From Octopus sinensis (taxonomy: Eukaryota): a DNA stretch of 64,000 nt. The DNA lies in the NCBI RefSeq assembly GCF_006345805.1, contig NC_043011.1, positions 46,388,464 through 46,452,463 on the forward strand, given 5' to 3'. The notes beneath the pieces were generated by a model that was not told the DNA's origin, did no database searches, and worked only from the letters and a program-made list of their open reading frames with translations. Positions 1 to 12,977 of this stretch are shown piece by piece. Position numbers and translations under genes: made by a program. The stretch's first letter is position 1. Every line of letters starts with the position of its first letter.

Positions 1-116
1 CAGATAATATGTAGAAGCATAGATTTCTGTAAGTATTGTATGCATTATTTATACAAAATTGGTTGAGGGATCTTTGGACATAATCTAAGAAGCAAAACTC
101 TAAAAGCAAATCGGCC

Positions 117-330
117 ATGATATGGATATTGTGGCTCACTGGTTATTTAGTAGATAGCCAAAGTGTTATAGATAGGTTTAGTACAACAGATGGCTTTGGT
201 GAAAACATAGAAACTAAAGTAAGAACAGGGAGAAAGAAGTTTAGAGAACTGTTATGTTTATTAATGATAAATATTTTCTTTGTGGAAAGAGTTAGTTGTG
301 TGTAAGACGTAAAATGAATGATAATGTTCA
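117..330 (+). mobile_element. Decayed RTE-clade LINE fragment (RT C-terminal region)
   Basis: ORF 117-305 contains GFGENIETKVRTGRKKFRELLCLL, resembling the RTE RT C-terminal stretch (ESVTARIRIGWxKFRELLPLL); stop codons follow. Confidence 0.55.
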
Positions 331-1489
331 ATAGTAACATATGGTAGATGTGAGCCAAAGATTTGTATCAGTAGTTGAAGAATAAGCTGAGTAATACAGT
401 TCTATATTTAAGAGATGAGGAATTATGTACATTATTTACATTCTTTGCATTATTTACATTCATAACATAATATACATACAAATGCAAAACAGTACTAGCT
501 GTAATATTTTGTCTCAGAGAAACACCCCTAACTGTTTAAAAATATACTTGTATAAAAACATACAGAGCTCATACACAATAACAGTAGTAGATCATCATAT
601 ATAATGTTTCAATATAATTTGGTCTCTTCAGTGATAAACACTCACAGACATTCTGAGTTATGCCAAAATATTCATTCTCACATAGAAATTGGTAAAGAAA
701 GCTTTCACTGATTTTTATAAATGCTTGGGCAGGATAAAATTAAATCAATATGTTTTTATATACATTATATTCAACCCATGCTAGCATGAAAGGAAGACGT
801 TAAATGATGAGGATGGTGATGATGATGGTATACACATTGTTATTTTAACCCATTCACTGTGAAATTCAATTTCATGGTTATTCTAGTAATGATATTAAAT
901 ATTTACCAAAAAAAATAATAAATAAATAGAAATTGGTATTTTTGCTAACTTATGTTATCTCAATAAGTTCGACATATCTGAACAAAAAATGGTTTTGAAC
1001 ATTTCTCAACAAAAGAGAAATTGGTAAATAAAACTGCTTTTCACAGTTAATGGTAATGAAATTTTGAGTGAATATATCTGCTTTCAGCAAAAAAAAAAAG
1101 CGGGGATTAATCTAATGCTGTTTCAAGTGTGAATATTGATGTTGTAGATGCATTTGAAACAGAAATGAGAAAGTTAAATTTTGGCGCATGCCATGTAACA
1201 TTACATTTTAGGAGATGTTCCGTTTATGACCCAGTAAAGTTAGACCACAAATACTTTGCATACACCATTTATGAGAAATTATGTGTATTTTCAGCGAATA
1301 GAAGTATTTTGAATTGATGCTACTAGTCGTAGAATTAAACCAAATAAGACTAAGCAAAGAAATTAAAAGGTAGAGTGTTTACTCTTAAAGATGAGGTGAT
1401 GTAAGATACAGATGTGTATGCAAAATTATCTTCCCAATAAAAATTTCAATAAATAGCAAAAGTAAAGAAAATGGGAATAACAGTAATAC

Positions 1490-1701
1490 TTTCTAATATA
1501 GGCACAAGGTCTGGATCTTTGTGGGGAAGGGGACAATCGATCACAGCGACCCCAGTACCTCGACTGGTTCTTAATTTATCGACCCCAAATGGATGAAAGG
1601 CAAAGTCGACCTTGGTGGAATTTGAACTCAGAATGTTGTGACAAACGAAATACGGCTAAGCATTTTGTCCAGTGTACTAACAATTCTGCAAACTGTCTAC
1701 C

Positions 1702-1702
<1 letters not shown>
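1490..1702 (-). mobile_element. SINE family A (variant tail), tRNA-like head plus Meta-like domain
   Basis: Contains atcgacccc..ggatgaaaggcaaagtcgacc..ggaatttgaactcagaa, shared with more than 10 copies in the window. Confidence 0.8.
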
Positions 1703-1760
<58 letters not shown>

Positions 1761-1812
1761 TATAACAACAACAACAATGGTGATGATTATGATGATGATG
1801 GTTATGATAATG
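1703..1812. repeat. (AAT)n/(AAC)n/(GAT)n compound microsatellite
   Basis: Direct inspection. Confidence 0.95.
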
Positions 1813-2229
1813 ATGTCAGCAATTATTTAAAAAGTTAAATTGATGAAATATTGAAAGTAGAGTTTATTATTTGATTGGATTAATCTTATTAACTGTGTTG
1901 TTTAAAATTGGGTAATGTTTGAAATATTAGTTTAGAATATAAATTACAAACTACAAATTCATCTAATGCATGATGTAAAGAAAAGTATTGCTGTTCTAAA
2001 TTGGCAGATTTGACTGTATTACTGTTTTTACATAATACTAACAAGATTGATACTGTAATTGGTCACCAACACTTTCAAGTTAAGTCAAATATTGCTTAAT
2101 GTGATCATCTGGTAGACTATGATGCTTCCAATACTAACTGACCTTTATAAGCAACAAATTTTTTATATAACAAATCATATGAAGATGACATGTTGTACAA
2201 TAGCAATCACAACAAAATTTGATATCACT

Positions 2230-2400
2230 GCTTACTGGGGGTCAACTAAGTCAGTACTACTGATACATAACAGAAGTGGTTAAACTAATCAAGAGATGAT
2301 AGGAACAATGTTCTTAGATCTAAAAGCAGGAATTGTTCAGAATAGATTAGTGCTTTTAAGAGCCAAGCTTATAATTCTTGTAAGTGGAGTGCTTAATCCA
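2230..2400 (+). mobile_element. Highly decayed L2/CR1-like RT relic
   Basis: One frame reads GSTKSVLLIHNRSG*TNQEMIGTMFLDLKAG, similar to the HSTETALL...GxVFLDLSKAF RT motif. Confidence 0.35.
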
Positions 2401-2490
2401 GATGGTTAGTTAATCGATCTTTTGAAGAACCACAAAGATTCAAAAAGCAGTGATTCACTAAGGTTTCTGCAGCATTAAGGATATAAGAGA

Positions 2491-2910
2491 GGATCTTTTT
2501 GGTTTGAACGGCAGTTTTTAAAAATAATTTCCACGTAACTAAACACTTTTAAACTTCGTATACTGGTAAAATGTGTTTATATAACATCTTTTCCTCTTGG
2601 CTTTATTGAGAAAATTCTATAGTTTGTAAGATATTTGTTGTTTTTTTTCTTCAATTTCTGCAATTTCAACCAATCAATGATGTCTATTGAGGTGAAAATA
2701 TTCTGTGCCGTATGAATGTCCCTCGTTTAAGAAACAGATTGGGTTTATTTCCATTTCTGAAGAAAAAAGATACCCTTCCCCCACCCCTAATCCTAACACT
2801 AACCCTAAAACAGATTGAAATGCAATAGATCGATACTAGGGTCATAATTATGGGTGACAATTTCATATGACACTGCTAGAAAAAACTGCCGTTCAAACTG
2901 AAAAGATCTG
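2491..2910. mobile_element. MITE-like non-autonomous DNA transposon
   Basis: About 28-bp TIRs (gatcttttt ggtttgaacggcagttttt / aaaaactgccgttcaaactgaaaagatc); flanking direct repeat ataagaga at 2483-2490 and 2911-2918. Confidence 0.8.
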
Positions 2911-3819
2911 ATAAGAGACAGACCGTCCTCTCTGCTCAGTATTAACCTGTAGCATTTAACTTTGTTAGAACAAAAAATTATTACCTAGTATCCAAGTCAG
3001 GAAATTTATGAAATGCAAATAATTTATCTACTTGGTAGAATATGTTGGTACCTATCAAAGGTAAGTTTCCTGACCATAAAAAGATAAAGGAAAAGAGAGA
3101 AAGAATGGTACAGATTTTCCAGTTTCATAAACTAATGTAATATAGAATTAAATGTGAATGTTACTGGTACAACATACAATAGACTAATTCATTTCAAAAT
3201 ATATGCAACTTAGCTCCAGGTTTCAGGTAGTTAAATTTAAAATTCTAGCATCCAAAACTAAAAATGATACTTAAATCAAACATTTTAGAAGAAGTAATTC
3301 TCTTCTTACCAAAAATATTCTAACAAATTATACAAACGACATGGGCCTGTTGTATAAATATGAAAAGATTAGGTATATAAGCATTTTGTACATTGTCATA
3401 TTGATAGAATACCTATCGTCCCAAAATTATAAAATAAATCAATAATCACGGTCCTTGGAGAGATACAAAATTATATAATATAAAAGGCATGTATAAAAAA
3501 TTATACAGATACAGAATTAAATAAAGTATTAGATATATAAAGATAACAAAAATTTAATTCTATTTGCAAATGTTAAGTAGTGGTGGTATCTAAAGCTTCA
3601 GGGAAACAAAAACGGAGAAAAGAATTAAACTTTGATCACAAATTATATCTTTTCCTAAATTTAAGAGCTTTCTTTGATTCTGAGAGGAATCACAAGTATG
3701 GAATGTATAAGGTTGTAGTGTTGTATTCGAATGGAACAAAGTGGTTAGGAATTCTTCATTGTCAGTTTGCAAACACATCATATACTCTATCAGTTGATTG
3801 CTCAGTTTTCTAATATATC

Positions 3820-4052
3820 TATTTCTTTATTATCCACAAGGGGCTAAACACAGAGGGGGACAAACAAGGACAGACATAGGTATTAAGTCGATTACATCGA
3901 TCCCAGTGCGTAACTGGTACTTAATTTATCGACCCCGAAAGGATGAAAAGCAAAGTTGACCTCGGCGGAATTTGAACTCACAACGTAACGCAGACGAAAT
4001 ACCGCTAAGCATTGCGCCCGGCGTGCTAACGTTTCTGCCAGCTCGCCACCTT
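3820..4052 (-). mobile_element. SINE family A, full length
   Basis: Full consensus ending ggcgagctggcagaaacgttagc on the minus strand; 13-bp TSD tttctaatatatc at 3807-3819 and 4051-4063. Confidence 0.9.
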
Positions 4053-4489
4053 TCTAATATATCACATACACTATCATTTCAGGTTGTATGTGCATGAAGC
4101 TGAGAATATGAAGATTTCAGTCTCTTTGTGAGCTTTATGAATTTCAATTTTGGAAAGTCACTTAAATCTATTTTTTGTCTTGAAGCCAAGCTAAAGTGGC
4201 AGTTGTGTGAGGTTTCATCTGGATCATATTGATAATTACAGTAGGAAGCTCTTAATTTCAATAATAGCTTTTGCAGCTGATATGCATTGCATCTATTAGA
4301 ACTAATAGGATAATTTATCTGAATACAGGTGGGTGTACACAGCTCACACACCTTTATGTGTGAACATATAGATATCACTGATCTAACAATAAAATATTTA
4401 ACAATAAAAAGATTAAAGTTTTGCTTTCCTTATTGGAAACAAATATGATAACGTTTGCAACCAGATGGTGCAAAAATTTAGTCTGTCTA

Positions 4490-4852
4490 GGTGCGGAATG
4501 GCTGTGTGGTAAGTAGCTTACTTACCAACCACATGTCACTGTGTGACACCTTGGGCAAGTATCTTCTACTATTGCCTCGGGCCAACCAAAGCCTTGTGAG
4601 TGGATTTGGTGGACAGAAACTGAAAGAAGCCTATATGTATATATATATATGTATGTATGTGTGTGTATATGTTTGTGCTCCCAACCTCGCTTGACAACCG
4701 ATGGTGTTTACATCCCCGTAACTTAGCTGTTCAGCAAAAGAGACTGATAGAATAAGTACTAGGCTTACAAAGAATAAGTCCTGGGGTCGGTTTGCTTGAC
4801 TAAAGGCGATGCTCCAGTCAAATGACTGAAACAAGTAAAAGAGTAAAAGAGT
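4490..4852 (+). mobile_element. SINE family B (tRNA head plus CORE-like domain, internal microsatellite)
   Basis: A-box-like tggctgtgtggt, caccttgggcaagt CORE-like motif, (TAAAAGAG)n tail. Confidence 0.85.
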
Positions 4853-5574
4853 GTGTTTAATCCCAAATATACTGACCCATTTAAAATATAATTTAGTTTA
4901 CTTTACAAATGAAATCGATTCAGACTGAAAAAAAATCTAAAGAAATAATTTGCTTTTGCATTGAAAAATCTTTAGCAATAAGCAAAATATATTAAAAAAG
5001 AAAGTAAAGTATTTCCAAGGAATCTGTATTATTAGAGAATGTCAGAATTTTAATCCACTCAGCAAATAATAATGACTAAAGATTTGAACACCTTTATAAA
5101 TGACACATGAGAAATTGCTATTGCTTTGGCCAGTAAAAGAAAGATTATAAAAACTCTATTGTTTTCAGTTGAAACTGTAAATAATACTGACAACTGACAT
5201 GCCATAAAAATGGTAATACATTAAGAAAGGAAGGAGATTGATGGTGGTCAACATCAGAAAAATTGTATTTATTGGAATGCAGGAAAATTTGTCAAAGTTG
5301 GTATGCCATTGTGAATAGAAGATTCCAGTGTTCTGGACACAAGTCCTTCATCGGGAAGAAATTAGAACCGTAAGTCAACTGATGATTTCTAAAAAATATA
5401 AGCTCCAGACAGATCAGATAGTCTCTTTGAGGAACATCAAACAAGAGAAACACTAAAAAATATTAAAAGTATGAAGAGGGAATCATGGAGAGGAAAGACA
5501 TATCTTTGTTTATAAGATATATGTGAAGAACAGCTACATCAAAGCGAACAGCTAAAATTATTACATTGGTCTAC

Positions 5575-6146
5575 GTCAGGGGTGTAACCAGTCCACTTAT
5601 GCAAGCCTCTCCTTCATTGGACACTAAACACTGCTTGCGAAGACCTGTTGAGGCAAATGAAATCGAAATCAAATTCGATGACTGGCATCTGTGCTAGTGG
5701 AGCTCTAAGAGTATCATACGAGTGAGATCGTTGCCAGAGCAACAAGCTGGCCTCCATGCCAATGGTACGTTAAAAGCACAATTCGAGCATGATCATTACC
5801 TGCATCACCTTACTAGCACTTGTGCTTGTGGCACGTGAAAAAACATTCGAGCGAGGTCATTGTCGTTGCCAGTGCCGCTGGACTGGCTCCTGTGCAGGTG
5901 GCACATAAAAAGTACCATTTGAGCGTGGCCGTTGCCAGTACCGCTTGACTGGCCCTCGTGACGGCGGCTCGTAAAAGCACCCACTACACTCTTGGAGTGG
6001 TTGGCATTAGGAAGGGCATCCAGCTGCAGAAACTCTGCCAGATCAGATTGGAGTCTGGTGTAGCCATCTGATCGCCAGACCTCAGTCAAATCGTCGAACC
6101 CATGCTAGCATGGAAAGCGGACATTAAACAATGATGATGATAATGA
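5575..6146 (+). mobile_element. Family D retroposon with (GAT)n tail, long copy
   Basis: Repeated ggtggcacgtaaaaagcac modules, ttggcattaggaagggcatccagc, ending catgctagcatggaaagcggac..(gat)n. Confidence 0.85.
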
Positions 6147-6239
6147 CTCAAATATCTCTTCCATTCAACCTTGGGTATAAAGAATCCAAAAGTGATGTAT
6201 TTAAATGCAAAGAGCTGCTATTAGAATTCCAGAGTCAAA

Positions 6240-6900
6240 TATAGTAACTGTCAATAAAGCAATGATATATGGAAGAGAATACTTGCAAAGTGCTGGTTTG
6301 AAATTATCCAAACAAATATTTAAAAAGTGGTCTCACACCTGACGTAAAGAATTAGAATAGTATTATTTTAGTATAAAAGAAGAAACAAAACATGAGACTC
6401 ATGGAAGTGGAACAATTCTGAAAGTTCCATTCTGTTTACAAATAGTAGACAAAATGAAACAAGTCTAAGAAGTATGATGCTGTATGGAAGTGAATCATGA
6501 GTTATGAGCTCAGAAGATCTGCCTCAATGACTGGACAGAAATGAAATGAATGTGATCAGTTGGACGTGCAGTTTTTTTCTATCGATGAGAAATACTAAGC
6601 CAAAGAAAATTGAGAAAGTGTGAGTGGACACCAGACAAATTTGTATAAGCAAGAAAAATTACTAAAGTGGTTGGTTTGGCTGAAATTCTAATGGTTGATT
6701 CCAGCCGAGTGGAAAAGTTATCATTGAACAGAGGAAGGTAACAATAGCAGAGGCAGACAAAAAAATTGATGAATAATATCTTAGTTTCATGTGCCTCATG
6801 GATGAAAAGATGTACAATGAACATGCAAAAATAAAACTGTATTGCATATTAAAATCCAACCCACCCAAGTAGCCTGAAAAATGTATGCTGAAGTGAAGAT
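6240..6900 (+). mobile_element. Decayed RTE LINE 3' fragment
   Basis: atgctgtatggaagtgaatcatga reads MLYGSES*, matching the RTE MLYGSETW motif, followed by DRNEMNVI-like residues. Confidence 0.5.
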
Positions 6901-6919
6901 CAAAATGATGATATATATA

Positions 6920-7152
6920 TAGGCAGCAAGCTGGCAGAAACGTTAGCATGCCGGGCAAAATGCATAGCCGTATTTCGTCTGCTGTTACCTTCTTGAGTTC
7001 AAATTCTGCTGAGGTCGACTTTGCCTTTTATCCTTTTGGGGTCGATAAATTAAGTACCATTTTCGCACTGGGGTCGATGTAATCAACTTGATCTATTTGT
7101 CTGTCCTTGTTTGTCCCCTCTACGTTTAGCCCCTTGTGGGCAGTAAAGAAAT
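6920..7152 (+). mobile_element. SINE family A, full length
   Basis: ggcagcaagctggcagaaacgttagc ... ccccttgtgggcagtaaagaaata. Confidence 0.9.
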
Positions 7153-7974
7153 ATATATATATATATATAATTACAAATTGAGATAGGGGTTGTGAGTGCA
7201 ACCCACCATGGGATAACATGTATCCAATATACTGCTAGTAAAGCACCCAACAAAGTTAATACATAAATGTTAAGAATTGCGATGCAATTTCCTTATTTTG
7301 TATATATATATGTATATATATATCTGCTTAATAAAGTACACATATATACTGGTGGTGCTCCCAGTATGGCCACAGCAGTTGGGCTGAAATGCATACAAGA
7401 ATAAAGGAATATGGATGTGTGTATATGTAGAATGATTCAATAATTGTAATCAACACACATTAATTATCTTAACCATCCAGGAGCAGATACATAAGGCAGT
7501 AAGAAGCAAATGACAGCAGTAGGGTACTGGATACACTGCAACCACGTTTTCTGTAAGAAGCGTGCAGAAATAGAAATGTACTTCATAACTCCTGAAGGGC
7601 ATTAATAGAACAGTGATGTTAGAATAAGATGAACATCAGCAACAAGAAAAAATAAAAACAATTATCTTTCACAACTCTCTCTCTCTCAGAGTTTTACATA
7701 TTATCAGAAGGCAATAATTTAATTGGAAGAAGTTTTGTAGAAAAGAATATATATAAGTGTCTATGGAGGTGTGTATGTGTGTGTGTGTATGTATGTGTGT
7801 GCACCTGTGTGCATGACTATGCAAATAAGTTGGAAATGACTTGAAATTTTTTAGGTGGTAAGTATGCTTTTTCGGCAGCCAAAAATGTATTTTCTGTGTC
7901 AAACAGTAATTTAAATAAGCAGTTTTATATACTATGGCGAGTTGATTTATAGGGAGAGTTTTATTCTATTATAT

Positions 7975-8019
7975 GTGTGTGTGTGTGTATCCATATAGAA
8001 ATATATTTATATCTATCTA

Positions 8020-8057
<38 letters not shown>

Positions 8058-8530
8058 AAACCCATATATGTGTGGATTTATATATACATATGTCCAAAAA
8101 CAATATATTATATATATATAGATATAAATAAATCCTTATATGTATATATATATATATGGATTTATATATATCCATATATAAATATATTCATATATATATA
8201 TAAACACATATATATATACAAAAATTCTATAATTATAAGCATAATTATAATTATAATTATGCTTATAATTATAGAATTTTTATATAAGGTTACCGATAAT
8301 GGTTCTTTTAACATACCGAACTACTTGGTAAAATTATTAATTATTGATTGATTAATTAATTTTACCCTTTATTATTATTGATTATATATATATATATGTT
8401 ATTTACAAATAATTTTATATATATCTATACATATATATACATATCATTTATAAATATATTTATATATATAAATCCATTTATATATATCCCTATATAAACA
8501 TAGTTATATATATATATAAATCCATATATA
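7975..8530. repeat. AT-rich compound microsatellite block containing a perfect 62-bp palindrome (8220-8281)
   Basis: Direct inspection; I checked by hand that the 62-mer equals its own reverse complement. Confidence 0.9.
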
Positions 8531-9251
8531 GATAGGAGAGTATTGTAGTTCACTTGAAGCACTGTGTATTGTTTGTAAAGAATAAATTTTTTTTAATAAC
8601 ACAGTAATGCACTATAATACAAGCAATGGATTATAATAACTGTTGTAATTTAACCATCCATAGTCTGATATGATATTTTGGAATAAAATTCCTTCTTCAG
8701 ATATCCCTAGGAATTGATGGAGTCACTGCTATAATCGGGTTTCCAATGGCTTTTCTTTGTTTTTTTGAAAGCGTCTCAGCAATGGTCTCACAAAAGCTCC
8801 TTCCAGAATTCCTCATGGGAAGTGCATGAAGTTGGCTATGTCTTATTGTCGTGTGTGCTGACACATCCTCAGTTCTAAGTTATGTGTTATGCATGCAGCT
8901 TCCCTCTTTTTTTCCCCTTCTCCTTTTCTTTTTCCTCTTGTTTTGTTATAAACAAGAAACCAAAATCATCAGATAGACCTGACTGGGTGGGTGGGTGAAA
9001 GACAAATGTAAGAAGGAGGAGTGTGATGAAAATGGTGGGCATGAGATGAGTGATTGGCAGTAGCAGGAGCAGACAACATTTGGATGGGCAATTAGATAAA
9101 GGCAAGAGTAGGTGATGGGTGTCAACAGAAATGGCCCAGAGGAGAAGAGTGAATAGCTGAACATAGGGATTGGAGGGAACAAAGAGAAATAAACATTAAA
9201 AAGAACAAATCTGGCCAAATTTAGACATACAATATTTTAACATAATAACAA

Positions 9252-9580
9252 CATCATCATCATCATCATCATCATCATTTAGCGTCCGCTTTCCATGCTA
9301 GCATGGATTGGACGGTTCAACTGGGGTCTGTGAAGCCAGAAGGCTGCATCAGGCCCAGTCTGATCTGGCAGTGTTTCTACGGCTGGATGCCCTTCCTAAC
9401 GCCAACCACTCCGTGAGTGTAGTGGGTACTTTTTACGTTCCACCCGCACAGGAGCCAGACGGAGCTGGCAAACGGCCACGGACGGATGGTGCTTTTTATG
9501 TGCCACCGGCACGGGGGCCAGGCGAGGCTGACAATGGCCACGATCGGATGGTGCGTTTTACGTGCCACCGGCACGGGGGC
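9252..9580 (-). mobile_element. Family D retroposon
   Basis: (CAT)n tail followed by the reverse complement of the family D body; 5' end abuts a (TA)/(CA) microsatellite. Confidence 0.9.
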
Positions 9581-9592
9581 CAATGTATATAT

Positions 9593-9626
<34 letters not shown>

Positions 9627-10431
9627 GTCTGTATGTATGTATGTATGAATGTGGAAAGAAAATGGAGATTTACAATTGTCAATTCAAAATTAAAATTTAC
9701 GAGCATAATGTTATATTCTTATAATAATATAATATAATATAATAAACAATAAATGTTTTCATATCTATTTTCCTTGTGTTGTATTTAATATATATATATA
9801 TATATATATACCTGTATATGTATATATAGCTTTGCAGAAATGGAAATGGTGTAGCACATACACACTTTATCTGTAAAGGTATATGAGCAAGTCTAGGTCC
9901 TTGAGTCACTTATGTAGCTTTACAGATGCTAATAAATATACAAATAAATATGCATTACATTTTGGTATTTATTTCATTTGCTTTCACCCTCAAACATATG
10001 TATGTGTGTGTTTGTGTGTGTGCATGTGTGCATATATATACATACACATATATCTAGTTTGTTTCTATAAATGCTTTTTTTTTCTAGTTATCCTAACTAA
10101 TATTGTTTTATCATTCTCAATATACGATGAGATATAGAGATACGTGTTTTATATAACACAGTTTTAAACAGCTCTGGAAGCTGTTATATTCATATATAAA
10201 ATTGTGCTTTTGTTATTATCTGCCGAAAAGACATATGAAGAATACAATGAGAAATTTGGTACAATTTTTTTTGATAATAGCATATATATTAGGAATGTAA
10301 ACATCAAACCATTAATACTTCATATTAGATTTCAAACTAATATTACTTTACGCATTCTAATAATAAACTTTAAATTTTATCTAAAAGATTTATTTGCATA
10401 TATTTTTCTTTGTCGTAATTTTGACATTTAG

Positions 10432-10648
10432 TATTGGTTTCAAATTTTGGCACAAGGTCAACAAGTTCAGGGGAAGGGTAAGTCAATTATGTTGATCCCA
10501 GTGCTAAACTGGTACTTATTTTATTCACCTGGAAAGATGAAGGGCAGGGTCGACCCTCAGTGGAATTTGAACTCAGAGCATAAAGATGGATGAAATGCCA
10601 CTAGGTGTTTCACCTGACATGCTAACCATTCTGCCAGTTCACTGCCCT
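10432..10648 (-). mobile_element. SINE family A (variant tail), older copy
   Basis: ggaatttgaactcagagc, ttctgccagttcactgccc. Confidence 0.75.
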
Positions 10649-10679
10649 GTTTTCATATTTAATATTACAAGTCTGTATA

Positions 10680-10905
10680 GGGCAGGGAACTGGCAGAACT
10701 GTTAGTATGCTGTATAAAATACTCAGTTGCATTATGTCTGTCTTCGAGTTCTGAGTTCAAATTCTGCCAAGGTTGACTTTGCCTTTCATCCGTTCAGAGT
10801 CAAGGAAATAAGTACCAGTTGAGCATGGCGGGGGAGGGGTTGCTTTAATTGACTACCCTACTACCCCAAAAACTTCAGGCATTGTGCCATTAGTTGAGAG
10901 GAATA
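10680..10905 (+). mobile_element. SINE family A (variant tail), older copy, inverted relative to the previous copy
   Basis: ggcagggaactggcagaa..gagttcaaattctgccaaggttgactttgcctttcatcc. Confidence 0.75.
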
Positions 10906-11056
10906 TTGCAAGTCTTTATACTTTCTACTATCTTAATCTTATAATTGTAGTGGTAAAAAAAATATTTATATTTGCATGCACGTGCATTTTCAGATATATG
11001 TAAATAACCACAACTACCAAAACAATATATACAGGTAAAAACTATACCATTATTAG

Positions 11057-11472
11057 TCTTTTACTCTTTTAGCCTTTTACTTGTTTCCGTCATTTGACTG
11101 CGGCCATACTGGAGCACCGCCTTTAGTCGAGCAAATCGACCCCACGACTTATTCTTTGTAAGCTTAGTGCTTATTCTATTGGTCTCTTTTGCCGAACCAC
11201 AAAGTTACGGGGAGGTAAACACACCAGCATCGGTTGTCAAGTGATGTTGGGGAAACAAACACAGACACACAAACATGTATACACACACACACACATGTAT
11301 ATATACATATATACGACGGGCTTCTTTTCAGTTTCCGTCTACCAAATCCACTCACAAGGCTTTGGTCGGTTCAAGGCTACAGTAGAAGGCACTTGCCCAA
11401 GGTGCCACGCAGTGGGATTGAACACAGAACCATGTGGTTGGTAAGCAAGCTACTTACCGCACAGCCACTCCT
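11057..11472 (-). mobile_element. SINE family B, full length
   Basis: Reverse complement of the family B consensus, with an internal (CA)/(TA) tract. Confidence 0.9.
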
Positions 11473-11589
11473 CTACAAAAAAATGATTTAATTCCCTATG
11501 GTGTTGCCACAGAGAATGGCCAATGACACTGCAGCAGTTACTCCACCTCGCAGGGCTTATTTCTCTGATGAACAGCTATTATCCCTATT

Positions 11590-12000
11590 TTGCAGAGGAA
11601 ATTGGTAGTATGGAATCCTAGAACACTTGATGTCTCAACAGTGATTGGCACAAACTGATAACAGCTGGTCAGGACTCTGTATTAATTGATTTCGATCTCT
11701 CTCTCTCTCATGTTATGGGCAGTGACACCCAGATTTGCAGTCAATGCAGTAAGGTTGGAGCCAGAGAACATGTCGCAATACATCGCATCCCAGACTAGAA
11801 ATCTGCCTCTCTCAAATGGGAAGAGGATTACTCCATCAGGGTCATACTATCTCCACAGTCGAGATCTGCTGGCTCAAACTGAGACAGGTAGCTGGCTGTG
11901 ACAAGGCCTCTTTTGATTATGTCATTCAAAGCGGCAGCATGTTAGGGGAATCGACTCATGCTAAGGCTGCAGGATGCGGGCCAATTTCATCTACTACTTC
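11590..12000 (+). mobile_element. Decayed RTE-type AP-endonuclease relic
   Basis: KLVVWNPRTLD (compare GTWNVRTL) near 11600 and NRLMLRL (compare DRLMTLRL) near 11950; frames are broken. Confidence 0.4.
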
Positions 12001-12412
12001 TCTACAGTAACATTTGTAGTCCACCGCCCTCCACCTCCTGCTACTTTACCACTTCCTTTTTTCTTTTCTTTCTTTTCCTTTCTTATTTCTCCATTTTCCT
12101 GTTTCTTTGCATTTAAATGTTATTATTGAAAATAAAATCATATCTACTTTTTCTGTGAAAAACAAAAAAAAAAAGATAAATTCACTCTTCAATAAAAAAA
12201 AAACAAGAACTTTAAATCTTTCTATTGGTGCTATCTAGCAAATGTTGTTTGGTCAACCTGAGGTTACCATGTGGTATTACAAGGAGATATGTCCATTCAA
12301 AGCGATTCATTTTAAGGGCAGATGATGATGATAATATAAATCACCATACAAATATAAATATCCCAATAGTCTTAGTGGTAGAATATTTAGCAACATTCAA
12401 CTCTGGTAGTTA

Positions 12413-12977
12413 TTGGGTTGTCCGGAGAGTTCGTGCCAATTTATAGTAGCTTACCTTTTGACTTATTTTAGATCATGATTGAGTCCATAAAATGGGATTT
12501 GACTACACCTCCATTTAGAGCACAGTTTAAGCTATCTTTTCGTGGAAGAAGGTTTATATTCTTATAACCTGTGTTAATTATGTAACCCCTTAAAATGGAA
12601 GATAAGAAAGTTCATTTTCGGCACTTGATGCTTTGGAACCAGACAAAAATTGCTGCTGCTCGGCTGGGATGTGTTACCCCACCCTCCATATTCACCAGAT
12701 ATTGCTCCTTTGGATTTCCACTTATTCAGGTCTCTACAGAATAGTCTTAATGGTAAAAATTTCAATTCCTTGGGTGACATAAAAAGATACCTTGATGAAT
12801 TCTTTGCCATGAAACCACCTCAGTTTTGGGAAGAGAGTATTTTCAAGTTAAAAGAAAGATGGAGACACATTGTGCAACAAAATGGTTCATATTTGGTTTA
12901 TTGAAAATGTAATGGCAAGTATTTATTGACCTTGTACTTTCCTTTAAAAATTGGCATGAACTTTCTGGACAACCCAA
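12413..12977 (+). mobile_element. Internally deleted mariner (Tc1/mariner, DD34D) transposon
   Basis: About 30-bp TIRs ttgggttgtccggagagttcgtgccaattt / aaattggcatgaactttctggacaacccaa with TA on both sides; N-terminal MEDKKVHFRHLMLW (12595-12636) fused out of frame to a C-terminal piece with HPPYSPDIAPLDFHLF (ORF 12650-12904). Confidence 0.93.

Noticed and set aside
4079-4378. 99-aa minus ORF and an overlapping short plus-strand exon candidate
   Set aside because: No motif or homology recognised; splice signals are ordinary
8690-9220. Possible exon or Penelope remnant with a purine-rich tract
   Set aside because: An open frame after an acceptor ends in a stop after 42 codons, and no TE motif was convincing
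9308-9724. Recurring ORFs such as MDGSTGVCEA.., TTQP.., GTLGKCLLL
   Set aside because: Chance frames through SINE and family D copies; the peptides recur only because the repeats do
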